Shown in pieces: positions 1-7,301 of a stretch of DNA of 33,003 nucleotides. Numbering within the stretch: position 1 is the stretch's first letter; the number at the start of each line of letters is the position of its first letter. The DNA lies in the NCBI GenBank assembly GCA_023245035.1, contig JAHFLD010000003.1:121736-154738 (forward strand), in the 5' to 3' direction. This DNA comes from Candidatus Harrisonbacteria bacterium. Lineage in GTDB: Bacteria; Patescibacteriota; Minisyncoccia; UBA6257; 1-14-0-10-40-38. Position numbers and translations under genes: made by a program. Under the pieces are notes generated by a model. It saw only the letters and a program-made list of their open reading frames with translations. It was not told the origin of the DNA and did no database searches.

Positions 1-1
1 G

Positions 2-346
2 ATGGTGATTAAATTTGGCCGGTTTGGAAAGTTTTTGGCTTGTTCCGGTTTTCCCGAATGTAAAAACACCAAGTCTTTGACGGCCAGCGGAGAGAGGGAG
101 AAGTTGGAAAATCCGGGAGTAAAATGTCCCAAATGCAAAGAGGGGGAGGCGGTGACCAAGCGAGTAAATCGGGGCCGGGCGAGGGGCAAGTTTTTTTGGG
201 GATGCAGTCGATATCCGGATTGTGATTTTGCCACCTGGGAAAATCCGGCGGGAAAGTCGGCCGAGCAATTGGAAAAAGAACTGGCGGAGGCTTTGGCTAA
301 ACCGCCCAAGGTGCGGGCTTCACGGCAAAAAAAATCCCAGAAGTAG
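2..346 (+). CDS. topA: DNA topoisomerase I, C-terminal zinc-ribbon repeats (5' part outside window)
   Basis: GRFGKFLACSGFPECK and CPKC...FWGCSRYPDC zinc-ribbon motifs with a basic tail. Confidence 0.85.
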   Translation: MVIKFGRFGKFLACSGFPECKNTKSLTASGEREKLENPGVKCPKCKEGEAVTKRVNRGRARGKFFWGCSRYPDCDFATWENPAGKSAEQLEKELAEALAKPPKVRASRQKKSQK

Positions 347-356
347 CTTCTGGGAT
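327..356 (-). terminator. Intrinsic terminator for the 364..909 gene
   Basis: 10-bp perfect stem ATCCCAGAAG/CTTCTGGGAT (334-356) followed by a U-tract on the minus strand; overlaps the topA stop. Confidence 0.75.
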
Positions 357-363
357 GAGAGAT

Positions 364-909
364 CTAGCTATCGCGGGAGCGAGTGGCTTCAAAGGCCGCT
401 CGGATGTTTTGATACACTTCCGAACTAACGGCGGGGACGTTGGGATTGCTTTCTTGTCTATGCGATTCGGATTCGGCATTTTGAGGAAGGTTCAAGAGTT
501 CTGATGGGGAATAGATCAAGCGAAGACCGCCGCTTGATGCCTTGAGGCGAAAATGAGACAGGCGAGCGAACGCTACCTTGAGGACGTAGGCATTGTAGAT
601 GATATCTTCGGTTTCCTTGACTCTGATTGGACCATTCTCAAACAGCTCTCGCCACGCTTCGGGATAAAGCCACCAGTGGCCGATTTCGGCGAGAACACTG
701 CGCTGAATTGCTTGCTCTACGGTTTCAAACGGCGGCTCGACTTCGCCAACCACCGTTTCTTCGTACCATTCGGGGTATTCTTGAAATTCCGTAAAGTTGG
801 TATTCCACTCGCCTCGTTTTTGGAGAATAGCAAAGAGACTGGATTTGCCGTTTACATCTGTCCTGGCGGTCATAATGACCACCGAAACTCTGGTCTTTTT
901 GTGAACCAT
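364..909 (-). CDS. Hypothetical protein with degenerate Nudix-like box
   Basis: 181-aa ORF with SD (AAAGGA), promoter and terminator; GEVEPPFETVEQAIQRSVLAEIG resembles GX5EX7REUXEEXG, preceded by the LQKR strand typical of Nudix folds. Confidence 0.65.
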   Translation of the reverse strand: MVHKKTRVSVVIMTARTDVNGKSSLFAILQKRGEWNTNFTEFQEYPEWYEETVVGEVEPPFETVEQAIQRSVLAEIGHWWLYPEAWRELFENGPIRVKETEDIIYNAYVLKVAFARLSHFRLKASSGGLRLIYSPSELLNLPQNAESESHRQESNPNVPAVSSEVYQNIRAAFEATRSRDS

Positions 910-926
910 CTGAATCCTTTGGTTGT

Positions 927-980
927 TGTTAAAGAACGGAAACTTGGAAGGATAATAGGCCTATTTATGGGGTTGGTCAA
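927..980 (-). promoter_or_regulatory. sigma70 promoter plus boxA-like motif
   Basis: Minus strand: TTGACC (980-975), 17-nt spacer, TATTAT (957-952), then CGTTCTTTAACA (938-927). Confidence 0.7.
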
Positions 981-1026
981 TTTTGATTACTTTACACCGC
1001 CTTTCGGTTGTTCTATATAGAAAGCG

Positions 1027-2481
1027 ATGCTTTCCAAACAACTCATCGATCATCTGGCTGAAGGGATGGCGTCCAAGCGCGCCTATGATTTTGCGCGCGA
1101 GCAGTATCAGGGGCATGTGTTGCCCAACGGAGATTCTATGTTGGAGCGCGCGCTCGCGAATGCCGAGATGATGCTTAACTGGAGAGCGGGTGATGAGGCC
1201 TTGATAGCTGCCATGTTGCGTGATTTGCCCATGGCGAGTTCTTACGAGGCGAGAATTAAGACGGAATTTGGCGAGGATGTTTTGTGGCTGATACAAAAAT
1301 CTTTGGCTATCCATCGGATTAATTTTCGCGAGACGGAGGCAACAATGGTTGCCGTTCGGAAATTTATCCTGCAACTTTGCCCCGATGTGAGGATTTTGTT
1401 GTTAGTTTTGGCGCGCCGTTTGCATGATGCCAGATTTTTGTATGTTTTGCCGCCAGCGGAACGCCAGCGCGTAGCCATTCAAAATATGAAGGTTTACGCT
1501 GTGTTGGCTTATCAGATCGGACTTAATGAAGTCAGCGGGGAGTTGGCCGATCTTTCATTCCCTCACGCCTATCCGCAGGAGCACCAGTGGCTGATTAATA
1601 ATCTTCAGGATCGTTATGAAGAATGGGAAAAATATACCGAGTCTCTGGTGCCGATTTTGGAGTTGGCGTTGCGCGAGCGAGGGATCCGTGATTTTAGAAT
1701 TGAGCATCGTGCCAAAAGATACGCGAGTCTACATCATAAGTTGACTTATCGTTATGAAATGGCTTTGGGTCGAGTTGGAGATCTTGTTGCTTTGCGAGTA
1801 ATTGTCCCTACGGTTAACGATTGTTACGCGGTACTTGGCGTGGCTCATCAACTATGGGCGCCGGTTCCAGATAGAATTAAAGATTATATTGCCTATCCAA
1901 AGCCGAATGGTTATCGAAGTTTGCACACGACTCTTTTTACCAACGAGGACCAAAAAAAATTAATTGAGATTCAAATCAGAACTGAGGGTATGCATTATCA
2001 CGCAGAGTATGGTCCGGCGGCGGATTATGCCTATCATTTTAGAACTTCTCCAGCCATGGCTGGAGTTGGAGTTGGATTGGATATTGATGGCGCCACACTA
2101 ATGATGCTTCGCCGTTGGCGGGAAGTGACTTCTTCCGGATTCCCGGCCAAAGGCGCCTATGTATTGAATCTTTTTGCCGATCGGGTGTTTTTATTCACCC
2201 CGAAAGGCGATGTGTTTGATTTGCCGCAAGGAGCTACGCCGCTTGATCTGGCTTATAGAATTCATACGGATATCGGGCATCGCGCCGATCGAGCCGTGAT
2301 TAATGGCGTTCCGGCCACTTTGGCTGGGAAACTTTGTTCCGGAGATGTGGTAGAAATCTTGCTTCGCGCCGACCGAGTTCCTTTGTCTTCTTCGCTTGCG
2401 CGAGTCAAAACCCGAGGCGCGCGCGAAAAAATACGGGCGGCATTGCGCAGTGCCGCCGAATATTTTCATCATTCCGGTTAG
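1027..2481 (+). CDS. RelA/SpoT homolog: degenerate HD domain, (p)ppGpp synthetase, TGS
   Basis: DLVALRVIV, RIKDYIAYPKPNGYRSLHT, EIQIRT synthetase motifs; FTPKGDVFDLPQGATPLDLAYRIHTDIG TGS motif; HD position reads AAMLRDL. Confidence 0.9.
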   Translation: MLSKQLIDHLAEGMASKRAYDFAREQYQGHVLPNGDSMLERALANAEMMLNWRAGDEALIAAMLRDLPMASSYEARIKTEFGEDVLWLIQKSLAIHRINFRETEATMVAVRKFILQLCPDVRILLLVLARRLHDARFLYVLPPAERQRVAIQNMKVYAVLAYQIGLNEVSGELADLSFPHAYPQEHQWLINNLQDRYEEWEKYTESLVPILELALRERGIRDFRIEHRAKRYASLHHKLTYRYEMALGRVGDLVALRVIVPTVNDCYAVLGVAHQLWAPVPDRIKDYIAYPKPNGYRSLHTTLFTNEDQKKLIEIQIRTEGMHYHAEYGPAADYAYHFRTSPAMAGVGVGLDIDGATLMMLRRWREVTSSGFPAKGAYVLNLFADRVFLFTPKGDVFDLPQGATPLDLAYRIHTDIGHRADRAVINGVPATLAGKLCSGDVVEILLRADRVPLSSSLARVKTRGAREKIRAALRSAAEYFHHSG

Positions 2482-2508
2482 GGATTCTATTTGGAACTAA
2501 ATTTGGCT

Positions 2509-3408
2509 TTAGAGAAAAATGGTCGGTTGTTCGCCGGTTGTTGTCTCTGGTGTCTTTATCTCCTGAATTTCTTTTTTGCTTTCCAGGAGTTTGGCAATGA
2601 TGCCTTTTAACTCTTCCGGCGAATAAAAGTCAATCACGATTTTTCCGGTGCCGCCGGATTTTTCTAAATTTACTCTGGCGCCTAAAAATTCTTCCAGTGA
2701 TTTGGTGAGGCTGGCCAGTTCCGGATCCGGAACTGTCGGGAAGAGGTGATTCTCTTTTTTTAGTGCTTCCGCTTTTTTCTTTTCTATTTTGATTTTGAGT
2801 TCGCGGACGCTCAAATTATTTTTAATGATGTCTTCAAAAAGCATCTCTTGTTCGGCGATTTCCGGAATGGCGAGCAAGAGGCGCGCCTGACTTTCGCTTA
2901 ATTGCCCAACGGCGACGGCGTCTTGGATGTTAGTTGGCAAGTTCAAGAGGCGAACGGTGTTGGCTATGGTTTCCCGGCTCTTGCCGATTCGGCTGGCGAT
3001 CTCGCGCTGGGTCAAGTTGAATTGGTCCTGGAGTTTGGCGTAGGCGCGCGCCGATTCGATGGGGTTGAGGTTGGCTCGCTGGACGTTTTCAATAACGGCC
3101 AGCTCCAGACGCTCACGATCCAGTTTAATGCTTCGGATGATGGCCGGGACGCGTTCTAGCCCTAATAGTTTTGAGGCCAGCCAGCGGCGTTCACCGGCAA
3201 TGAGTTCATACTGAATGGTGGTGCCATGCTCGGCTAGTTCTTCGATTTTGGTAACAACCAACGGTTGGAGGATGCCGAATTCGCGGATAGAGCTGGCAAG
3301 TTCGCGCAAGCTTTCTTCGTCAAAAAATTTTCGCGGTTGGTGCGGGTTCGGGCGGATTTTTTCAACCTCAATCAAAAACACCGGGCCTTGAGTTTGTAGT
3401 TCTTCCAT
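2509..3408 (-). CDS. parB: ParB/Spo0J partition protein
   Basis: NPHQPRK, GILQPLVV, ELIAGERRWLA (GxRR), ENVQRANLNPIE, HTH TQREIASRIGKSRETIAN. Confidence 0.95.
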   Translation of the reverse strand: MEELQTQGPVFLIEVEKIRPNPHQPRKFFDEESLRELASSIREFGILQPLVVTKIEELAEHGTTIQYELIAGERRWLASKLLGLERVPAIIRSIKLDRERLELAVIENVQRANLNPIESARAYAKLQDQFNLTQREIASRIGKSRETIANTVRLLNLPTNIQDAVAVGQLSESQARLLLAIPEIAEQEMLFEDIIKNNLSVRELKIKIEKKKAEALKKENHLFPTVPDPELASLTKSLEEFLGARVNLEKSGGTGKIVIDFYSPEELKGIIAKLLESKKEIQEIKTPETTTGEQPTIFL

Positions 3409-3483
3409 AACAAATTAGGGTTGAGGGTAAAGGGTCTAAGGCGGAGAAAAATAATAGCCAGACGTTCCGAAGACCACCTGTAA

Positions 3484-3512
3484 TTTACTTTAGAAGAAAG
3501 CGTTGATATAAT
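3484..3512 (+). promoter_or_regulatory. sigma70 promoter of the tRNA-Leu/tRNA-Val pair
   Basis: TTTACT, 17-nt spacer, TATAAT with extended -10 TG. Confidence 0.65.
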
Positions 3513-3557
3513 CAACCGGATGTTTTTAGTCTAGTTCTTTTAATGGTTTTGTATTAT

Positions 3558-3640
3558 GCCGAGGTGGCGGAATGGCAGACGCAGTAGACTCAAAATCTAC
3601 CGATCGCAAGGTCATGAGGGTTCAAGTCCCTCCCTCGGCA
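3558..3640 (+). tRNA. tRNA-Leu(CAA)
   Basis: Cloverleaf GCCGAGG/CCTCGGC, anticodon arm GTAGA-CTCAAAA-TCTAC, long variable arm, GGTTCAAGTCC; CCA not encoded. Confidence 0.95.
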
Positions 3641-3666
3641 CAAGCTCTTTTTTAATTTAATTTTCT

Positions 3667-3738
3667 GCGCCCTTAGCTCAGTGGTAGAGCGTTTCATTGA
3701 CATTGAAAAGGTCGGAGGTTCGATCCCTCCAGGGCGCA
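3667..3738 (+). tRNA. tRNA-Val(GAC)
   Basis: Acceptor GCGCCCT/AGGGCGC, anticodon arm TTTCA-TTGACAT-TGAAA, T-arm GGAGG-TTCGATC-CCTCC. Confidence 0.95.
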
Positions 3739-3741
3739 CCT

Positions 3742-3865
3742 AGATTATAAAATACCTTTAAGGTATTTTTAGTCTTATACTGGAGGGATCGAACAGTGGA
3801 GGGGGTCGAGGACCGCGTTTGGTCTCCCGTGTTGGAGATTATCCAGAACCATCGGTTCTGAAAAG
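3742..3865 (+). repeat. tRNA-trailer structured element, copy A (hairpin, anti-T-arm, conserved core)
   Basis: AT-rich hairpin 3742-3775; CTGGAGGGATCGAAC (3780-3794) is the exact reverse complement of tRNA-Val 3718-3732; core 3791-3865 is similar to 25811-25886 on the minus strand. Confidence 0.75.
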
Positions 3866-3967
3866 AGAATTGCCACGTTTCGCTTCGGTTGGCGACTAAT
3901 TGGTATTTAATTTTTGGACTAAAAACGAATTGGCGATTTGGTATTTTTTGGGAAGTTTTTTAATCGT

Positions 3968-4642
3968 ATGAGATTTAAATACATAATTTTAGTTTCCGCA
4001 GTATTGATCTTAAGTCTTATTTATTTTTTAATTTCCCATCAAACAAAGAAAAATTATATGAGTAACAACCGATCATTGCAGGAATTAGTAAATAAAACAG
4101 TTGTTTTAGAGGGAAAAGCAGCGTATGCCAAAGCGGGAGCCGCCTTGTTTGTGAATGATAATCCAGTGTACATAGAAGGCTTAGATTATTGGCCACAGGA
4201 TTTTATTGATAAGCAAGTTATTTTATCAGGCAAATTGGTTTTCAAAAGCTACATACCAAAAGTCGAAACCGACGAAAGCGGTTTGATGCGTCAGGGTAGT
4301 GGCCGTGGTAATGATTATGTTTTGGAGCAGGCGGCCATAGAGATGGACAAAGGAGATTTTGGATATAAACGACTTACAGACGCAAAAGATTTTCCTCAAG
4401 GTCAGTACCAAGAGGCTATAAAGGAAATAATTACTGAACTTGAAAATAAAAAAGAGAATCCAAAAGAATTTTTTGCAAAACTTGAACCAAATTCTACGGC
4501 TTCCAAACTTTCTTTTATATTGGTGCACCAAAATTCTTTTAAAGTTGAGAACTTGAGTTTTATTGGAAATCCGAGTGGCAAGGACAGAAAAGCTACTTAT
4601 GACTTTATTCAGAAGAAAGTCACTTTTTTATTTTATCAGTAA
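3968..4642 (+). CDS. Hypothetical protein with N-terminal membrane anchor (AT-rich, accessory)
   Basis: ORF 3938..4642; ATG 3968 precedes a hydrophobic segment (YIILVSAVLILSLIYFLI); visibly A/T-richer than flanks. Confidence 0.7.
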   Translation: MRFKYIILVSAVLILSLIYFLISHQTKKNYMSNNRSLQELVNKTVVLEGKAAYAKAGAALFVNDNPVYIEGLDYWPQDFIDKQVILSGKLVFKSYIPKVETDESGLMRQGSGRGNDYVLEQAAIEMDKGDFGYKRLTDAKDFPQGQYQEAIKEIITELENKKENPKEFFAKLEPNSTASKLSFILVHQNSFKVENLSFIGNPSGKDRKATYDFIQKKVTFLFYQ

Positions 4643-4703
4643 AATCATGGTTTTTAATTTTTAAAAAAATTGAGGCCAAATAAAAACTTGAAATTGTCAG
4701 CGT

Positions 4704-4743
4704 GCGCCTGCCCGCCTGCGCCGAGGCTTCGGCGGGCAGGCGC
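4704..4743. repeat. GC-rich palindromic (REP-like) element
   Basis: 13-bp perfect inverted repeat GCGCCTGCCCGCC/GGCGGGCAGGCGC enclosing an alternative hairpin CGCCGAGGCTTCGGCG. Confidence 0.7.
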
Positions 4744-4840
4744 CACCTTTCTTAATTTTCACGGTGGACTTCCTCGCCGCCGTAGGCGGTGAAAGCGGTT
4801 CGGACTAATTCAAGTAGTCTGTACAAAAAAAGGAAAACTT

Positions 4841-5410
4841 ATGAAATTTTCTTTTTGGAATTTTGTTGCCGGTTTTTATGATCGCCTTTTTTCGCCGATG
4901 CTTAATAGCGATATTCCGGCGATTTGTGAATTAGCCAGTTTTGAAAAGGCAGATTTAGTTTTGGACTATGGCGGAGGAACCGGGCGGGTGGCGCTCGCGA
5001 TTCGCGGTAAAGTTGCTCGGGTAATAGTTTTAGATGCCGCTTCGAAGATGATCGCGGAAGCTTGTTTAAAGGAGTTGGAGGGAGAGGTGGTTTCTGGTCT
5101 GCCGACTCATTTTGAAGCGGCTTCCTGCGACAAGATTATAGTGATTGAGTCCTTTCATCACTTGCCCAACCAGGATGATCACCTAAAAGAGTTTTGGCGC
5201 CTTTTGAAGCCCGATGGCGTTTTGTTGATTGAAGAGCCAAATCTTGATTCGGCGATTAAATATTTTCTTTGGCTGGAGCATGGGTTTAGGCATTTTCCAT
5301 ATTGGACGGCTGATACTTGGCGGGCGAAACTTTTGACCGCTGGTTTTTTGGTGCAGACCGAAAAAATCGCCGGCTCACGATATTTTGTGAAGGCCAAGAA
5401 AATTGGTTGA
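4841..5410 (+). CDS. Class I SAM-dependent methyltransferase (UbiE/Methyltransf_11-like)
   Basis: Motif I VLDYGGGTG, LDAASKMI, SFHHLP, RLLKPDGVLLI. Confidence 0.85.
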   Translation: MKFSFWNFVAGFYDRLFSPMLNSDIPAICELASFEKADLVLDYGGGTGRVALAIRGKVARVIVLDAASKMIAEACLKELEGEVVSGLPTHFEAASCDKIIVIESFHHLPNQDDHLKEFWRLLKPDGVLLIEEPNLDSAIKYFLWLEHGFRHFPYWTADTWRAKLLTAGFLVQTEKIAGSRYFVKAKKIG

Positions 5411-5435
5411 TGCCCTGGTGTGTTTTTTGTTTTTG

Positions 5436-5479
5436 TGGTATTCTTCTTATGGGTTCATTGTTCTTTGATAATTGGAGGT
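5436..5479 (+). promoter_or_regulatory. Extended -10, boxA-like motif and SD
   Basis: TGGTATTCT (5436-5444), TGTTCTTTGATA (5459-5470), GGAGGT (5474-5479). Confidence 0.6.
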
Positions 5480-5484
5480 AATTA

Positions 5485-6054
5485 ATGAGAATCGGTCTTG
5501 ATTTCGACGGAGTCATTGCTAATTGCGGCAAGTTGAAGGCCGATGGAGCGCGGGAACTTTACGGCCTTGATATCCAGCCAACAAACTTCTCTAAGGAATT
5601 TGTTGTTGGTGCGGGTTATCTGACGATCGAGGAGTATCGCAATCTTCAGCGAAAGGTTTATGAGACACCGGAGTTTATCTCTCTAATGGAGCCGGTTGGC
5701 GGGGCTTTTGAGTATGTTTCTCGACTTGTCGCGGATGGGCACATTGTTCAGGTTATAACTTCGAGAAGCGGCCTGGTTCTTGAAGTCGCGAAGGCATGGC
5801 TTTTGCGACAAGGATTAAAGCTTTCGGTTGTCGGTGTCGGCTATGGCAGGAGCAAGGCGGAAGCGGCTCTTGGTTTAGACGTTTACATCGATGATGATTT
5901 TCAGAAGCTAGAACAGCTTGTTGGTGTTGTCCCTCATAGATTCTTGTTTAGCTGGGGTTATAACGCGGGACTTGATGTTGGAACTCTGGCTCGAAGAGTT
6001 GCTTCTTGGCGGGAGTTTTACGAGGCGATCAGCTTGCTCAAAAACGCTCTGTGA
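5485..6054 (+). CDS. HAD-superfamily phosphatase, 5'(3')-nucleotidase-like
   Basis: Motif I IGLDFDGVI, motif II VITSR, motif III K, motif IV YIDD. Confidence 0.8.
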   Translation: MRIGLDFDGVIANCGKLKADGARELYGLDIQPTNFSKEFVVGAGYLTIEEYRNLQRKVYETPEFISLMEPVGGAFEYVSRLVADGHIVQVITSRSGLVLEVAKAWLLRQGLKLSVVGVGYGRSKAEAALGLDVYIDDDFQKLEQLVGVVPHRFLFSWGYNAGLDVGTLARRVASWREFYEAISLLKNAL

Positions 6055-6071
6055 ATAAGGGGCGTTTTTTT
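6040..6071 (+). terminator. Intrinsic terminator, possibly bidirectional
   Basis: AAAAACGCTCT...GGGGCGTTTTTTT stem with G-U pairs and U-tract. Confidence 0.6.
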
Positions 6072-6139
6072 ATTTCTTTGCTATACTATTGGTAGTACTT
6101 TCGCGGGCGGTTTCCTAGCATAAAAACAGGAGGACGATC

Positions 6140-6340
6140 GTGCCACCACGAAGGCTTCGAGATTACCTGTTTCGTTTGGCCGATGCCCGTTGCAAGGTTA
6201 GGCATTGTTCGGACTTGCCATGCGATGAATGTTTTTGCGTGGTTGAACACGAATATGTCGCGCGCTTGAGGAGGCGTCGGGAGAGAGAGGCTAGGAAGAT
6301 TGCTTCGAATGCTGTTGGTTTAGAGAGAAAGACCGCTTAG
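6140..6340 (+). CDS. Small Cys-rich basic hypothetical protein
   Basis: GTG start with AGGAGG SD, extended -10 TGCTATACT upstream, terminator downstream; CKVRHCSDLPCDECFC. Confidence 0.55.
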   Translation: MPPRRLRDYLFRLADARCKVRHCSDLPCDECFCVVEHEYVARLRRRREREARKIASNAVGLERKTA

Positions 6341-6365
6341 CTTCCGGGATTGCGGTATCGGATTC

Positions 6366-6396
6366 GGGGTTTCGGCGCAACGCGAAGCCCCTTTTT
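6366..6396 (+). terminator. Intrinsic terminator
   Basis: GGGGTTTCG/CGAAGCCCC stem followed by TTTTT. Confidence 0.7.
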
Positions 6397-6434
6397 ATTT
6401 GGTTAGCGATGCTTCTTTTGCTACACTCCATGGA

Positions 6435-7301
6435 ATGACGGAGCCGGTTATTGTTTTTGAAAATGCCGATCTGCTGGTGATTAACAAGCCGGCGGGGATG
6501 CTGGTGCATGGGATGGCGCGGGGCGTGGGGGATAGGGCAAAGGGCGCGGGGTATAAAAAACAGAGAGTTCAAGATGCGAATTTGGACGTAAAAACAGAAT
6601 TAAATCCAAACATCTCCCCCCAACCATCAACCCCAAAACCTCATCAAGAATCTACTTTTGTTGATTGGCTTCTTGAAAAATATCCGGAGATAAAAAATGT
6701 GGGCGATCATAGCCATTTGGCGGGAGAGTTTGAGCAAAAAACTTTTGATCGGCCGGGAATTGTGCATCGTTTGGATCGGGAGACTTCGGGCGTGATGGTC
6801 GTCGCCAAAAATCAGCCGACTTTTAATTTTTTAAAAAAACTTTTTCAGGGGCGGGAGATTCATAAAACCTATCTGGCGCTGGTATGGGGATTGGTAAAAG
6901 CGGATCGCGGGGTGATTGATAAGGTCATTAGCATTAAAGACGGCTCGGTTAAGCGAACCGTCGGGCGCGGCAAGATGCCGCGCGAAGCGATCACGGAATA
7001 CGAGGTGGTGAGGCGTTGTCGGAGCGGAGAGCAAGCCATGACCTTGCTTAGGGTTTCGCCCAAGACCGGGCGAACTCACCAGATTCGAGTGCATCTTAAT
7101 TCAATCGGACATCCGGTGGTTGGCGATAAGCTTTATGGTAAAAAAAAGGAAACACTGGGACTTATGAGGCATTTTTTGCACGCCGAGTCGCTGGAATTGC
7201 CGTTGCCGACCGGTGAGAGAATTACGGTTGCCGCTGACCTGCCGGCGGAGCTGACTGCAGCTTTAGAAAGAGTTCAAGCCGACCCGGGGGATTCTGATTG
7301 A
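6435..7301 (+). CDS. RluA/RluD-family pseudouridine synthase with in-frame insertion
   Basis: INKPAGMLVH, GIVHRLDRETSG (catalytic Asp), TGRTHQIRVH, GHPVVGDKLYG, FLHA; ATG 6435 chosen because it lies 7 nt after TGCTACACT. Confidence 0.92.
   Translation: MTEPVIVFENADLLVINKPAGMLVHGMARGVGDRAKGAGYKKQRVQDANLDVKTELNPNISPQPSTPKPHQESTFVDWLLEKYPEIKNVGDHSHLAGEFEQKTFDRPGIVHRLDRETSGVMVVAKNQPTFNFLKKLFQGREIHKTYLALVWGLVKADRGVIDKVISIKDGSVKRTVGRGKMPREAITEYEVVRRCRSGEQAMTLLRVSPKTGRTHQIRVHLNSIGHPVVGDKLYGKKKETLGLMRHFLHAESLELPLPTGERITVAADLPAELTAALERVQADPGDSD

Noticed and set aside
553-1020. 155-aa plus-strand ORF
   Set aside because: Antisense shadow of 364..909, which has the promoter, SD and terminator.
2482-3557. 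parS site or parA next to parB
   Set aside because: No TGTTTCACGTGAAACA-like palindrome and no Walker-A ATPase were seen nearby.
3533-3655. boxA-like strings around tRNA-Leu(CAA) and before tRNA-Ala(GGC)
   Set aside because: GTTCTTTT, GCTCTTTT and GGTCTTTG are weaker matches in T-rich DNA, so they were not counted among the five cassettes.
4737-4747. CAGGCGCCACC as an attR copy of the tRNA-Val 3' end
   Set aside because: Short, imperfect match that is largely explained by the palindrome arm.
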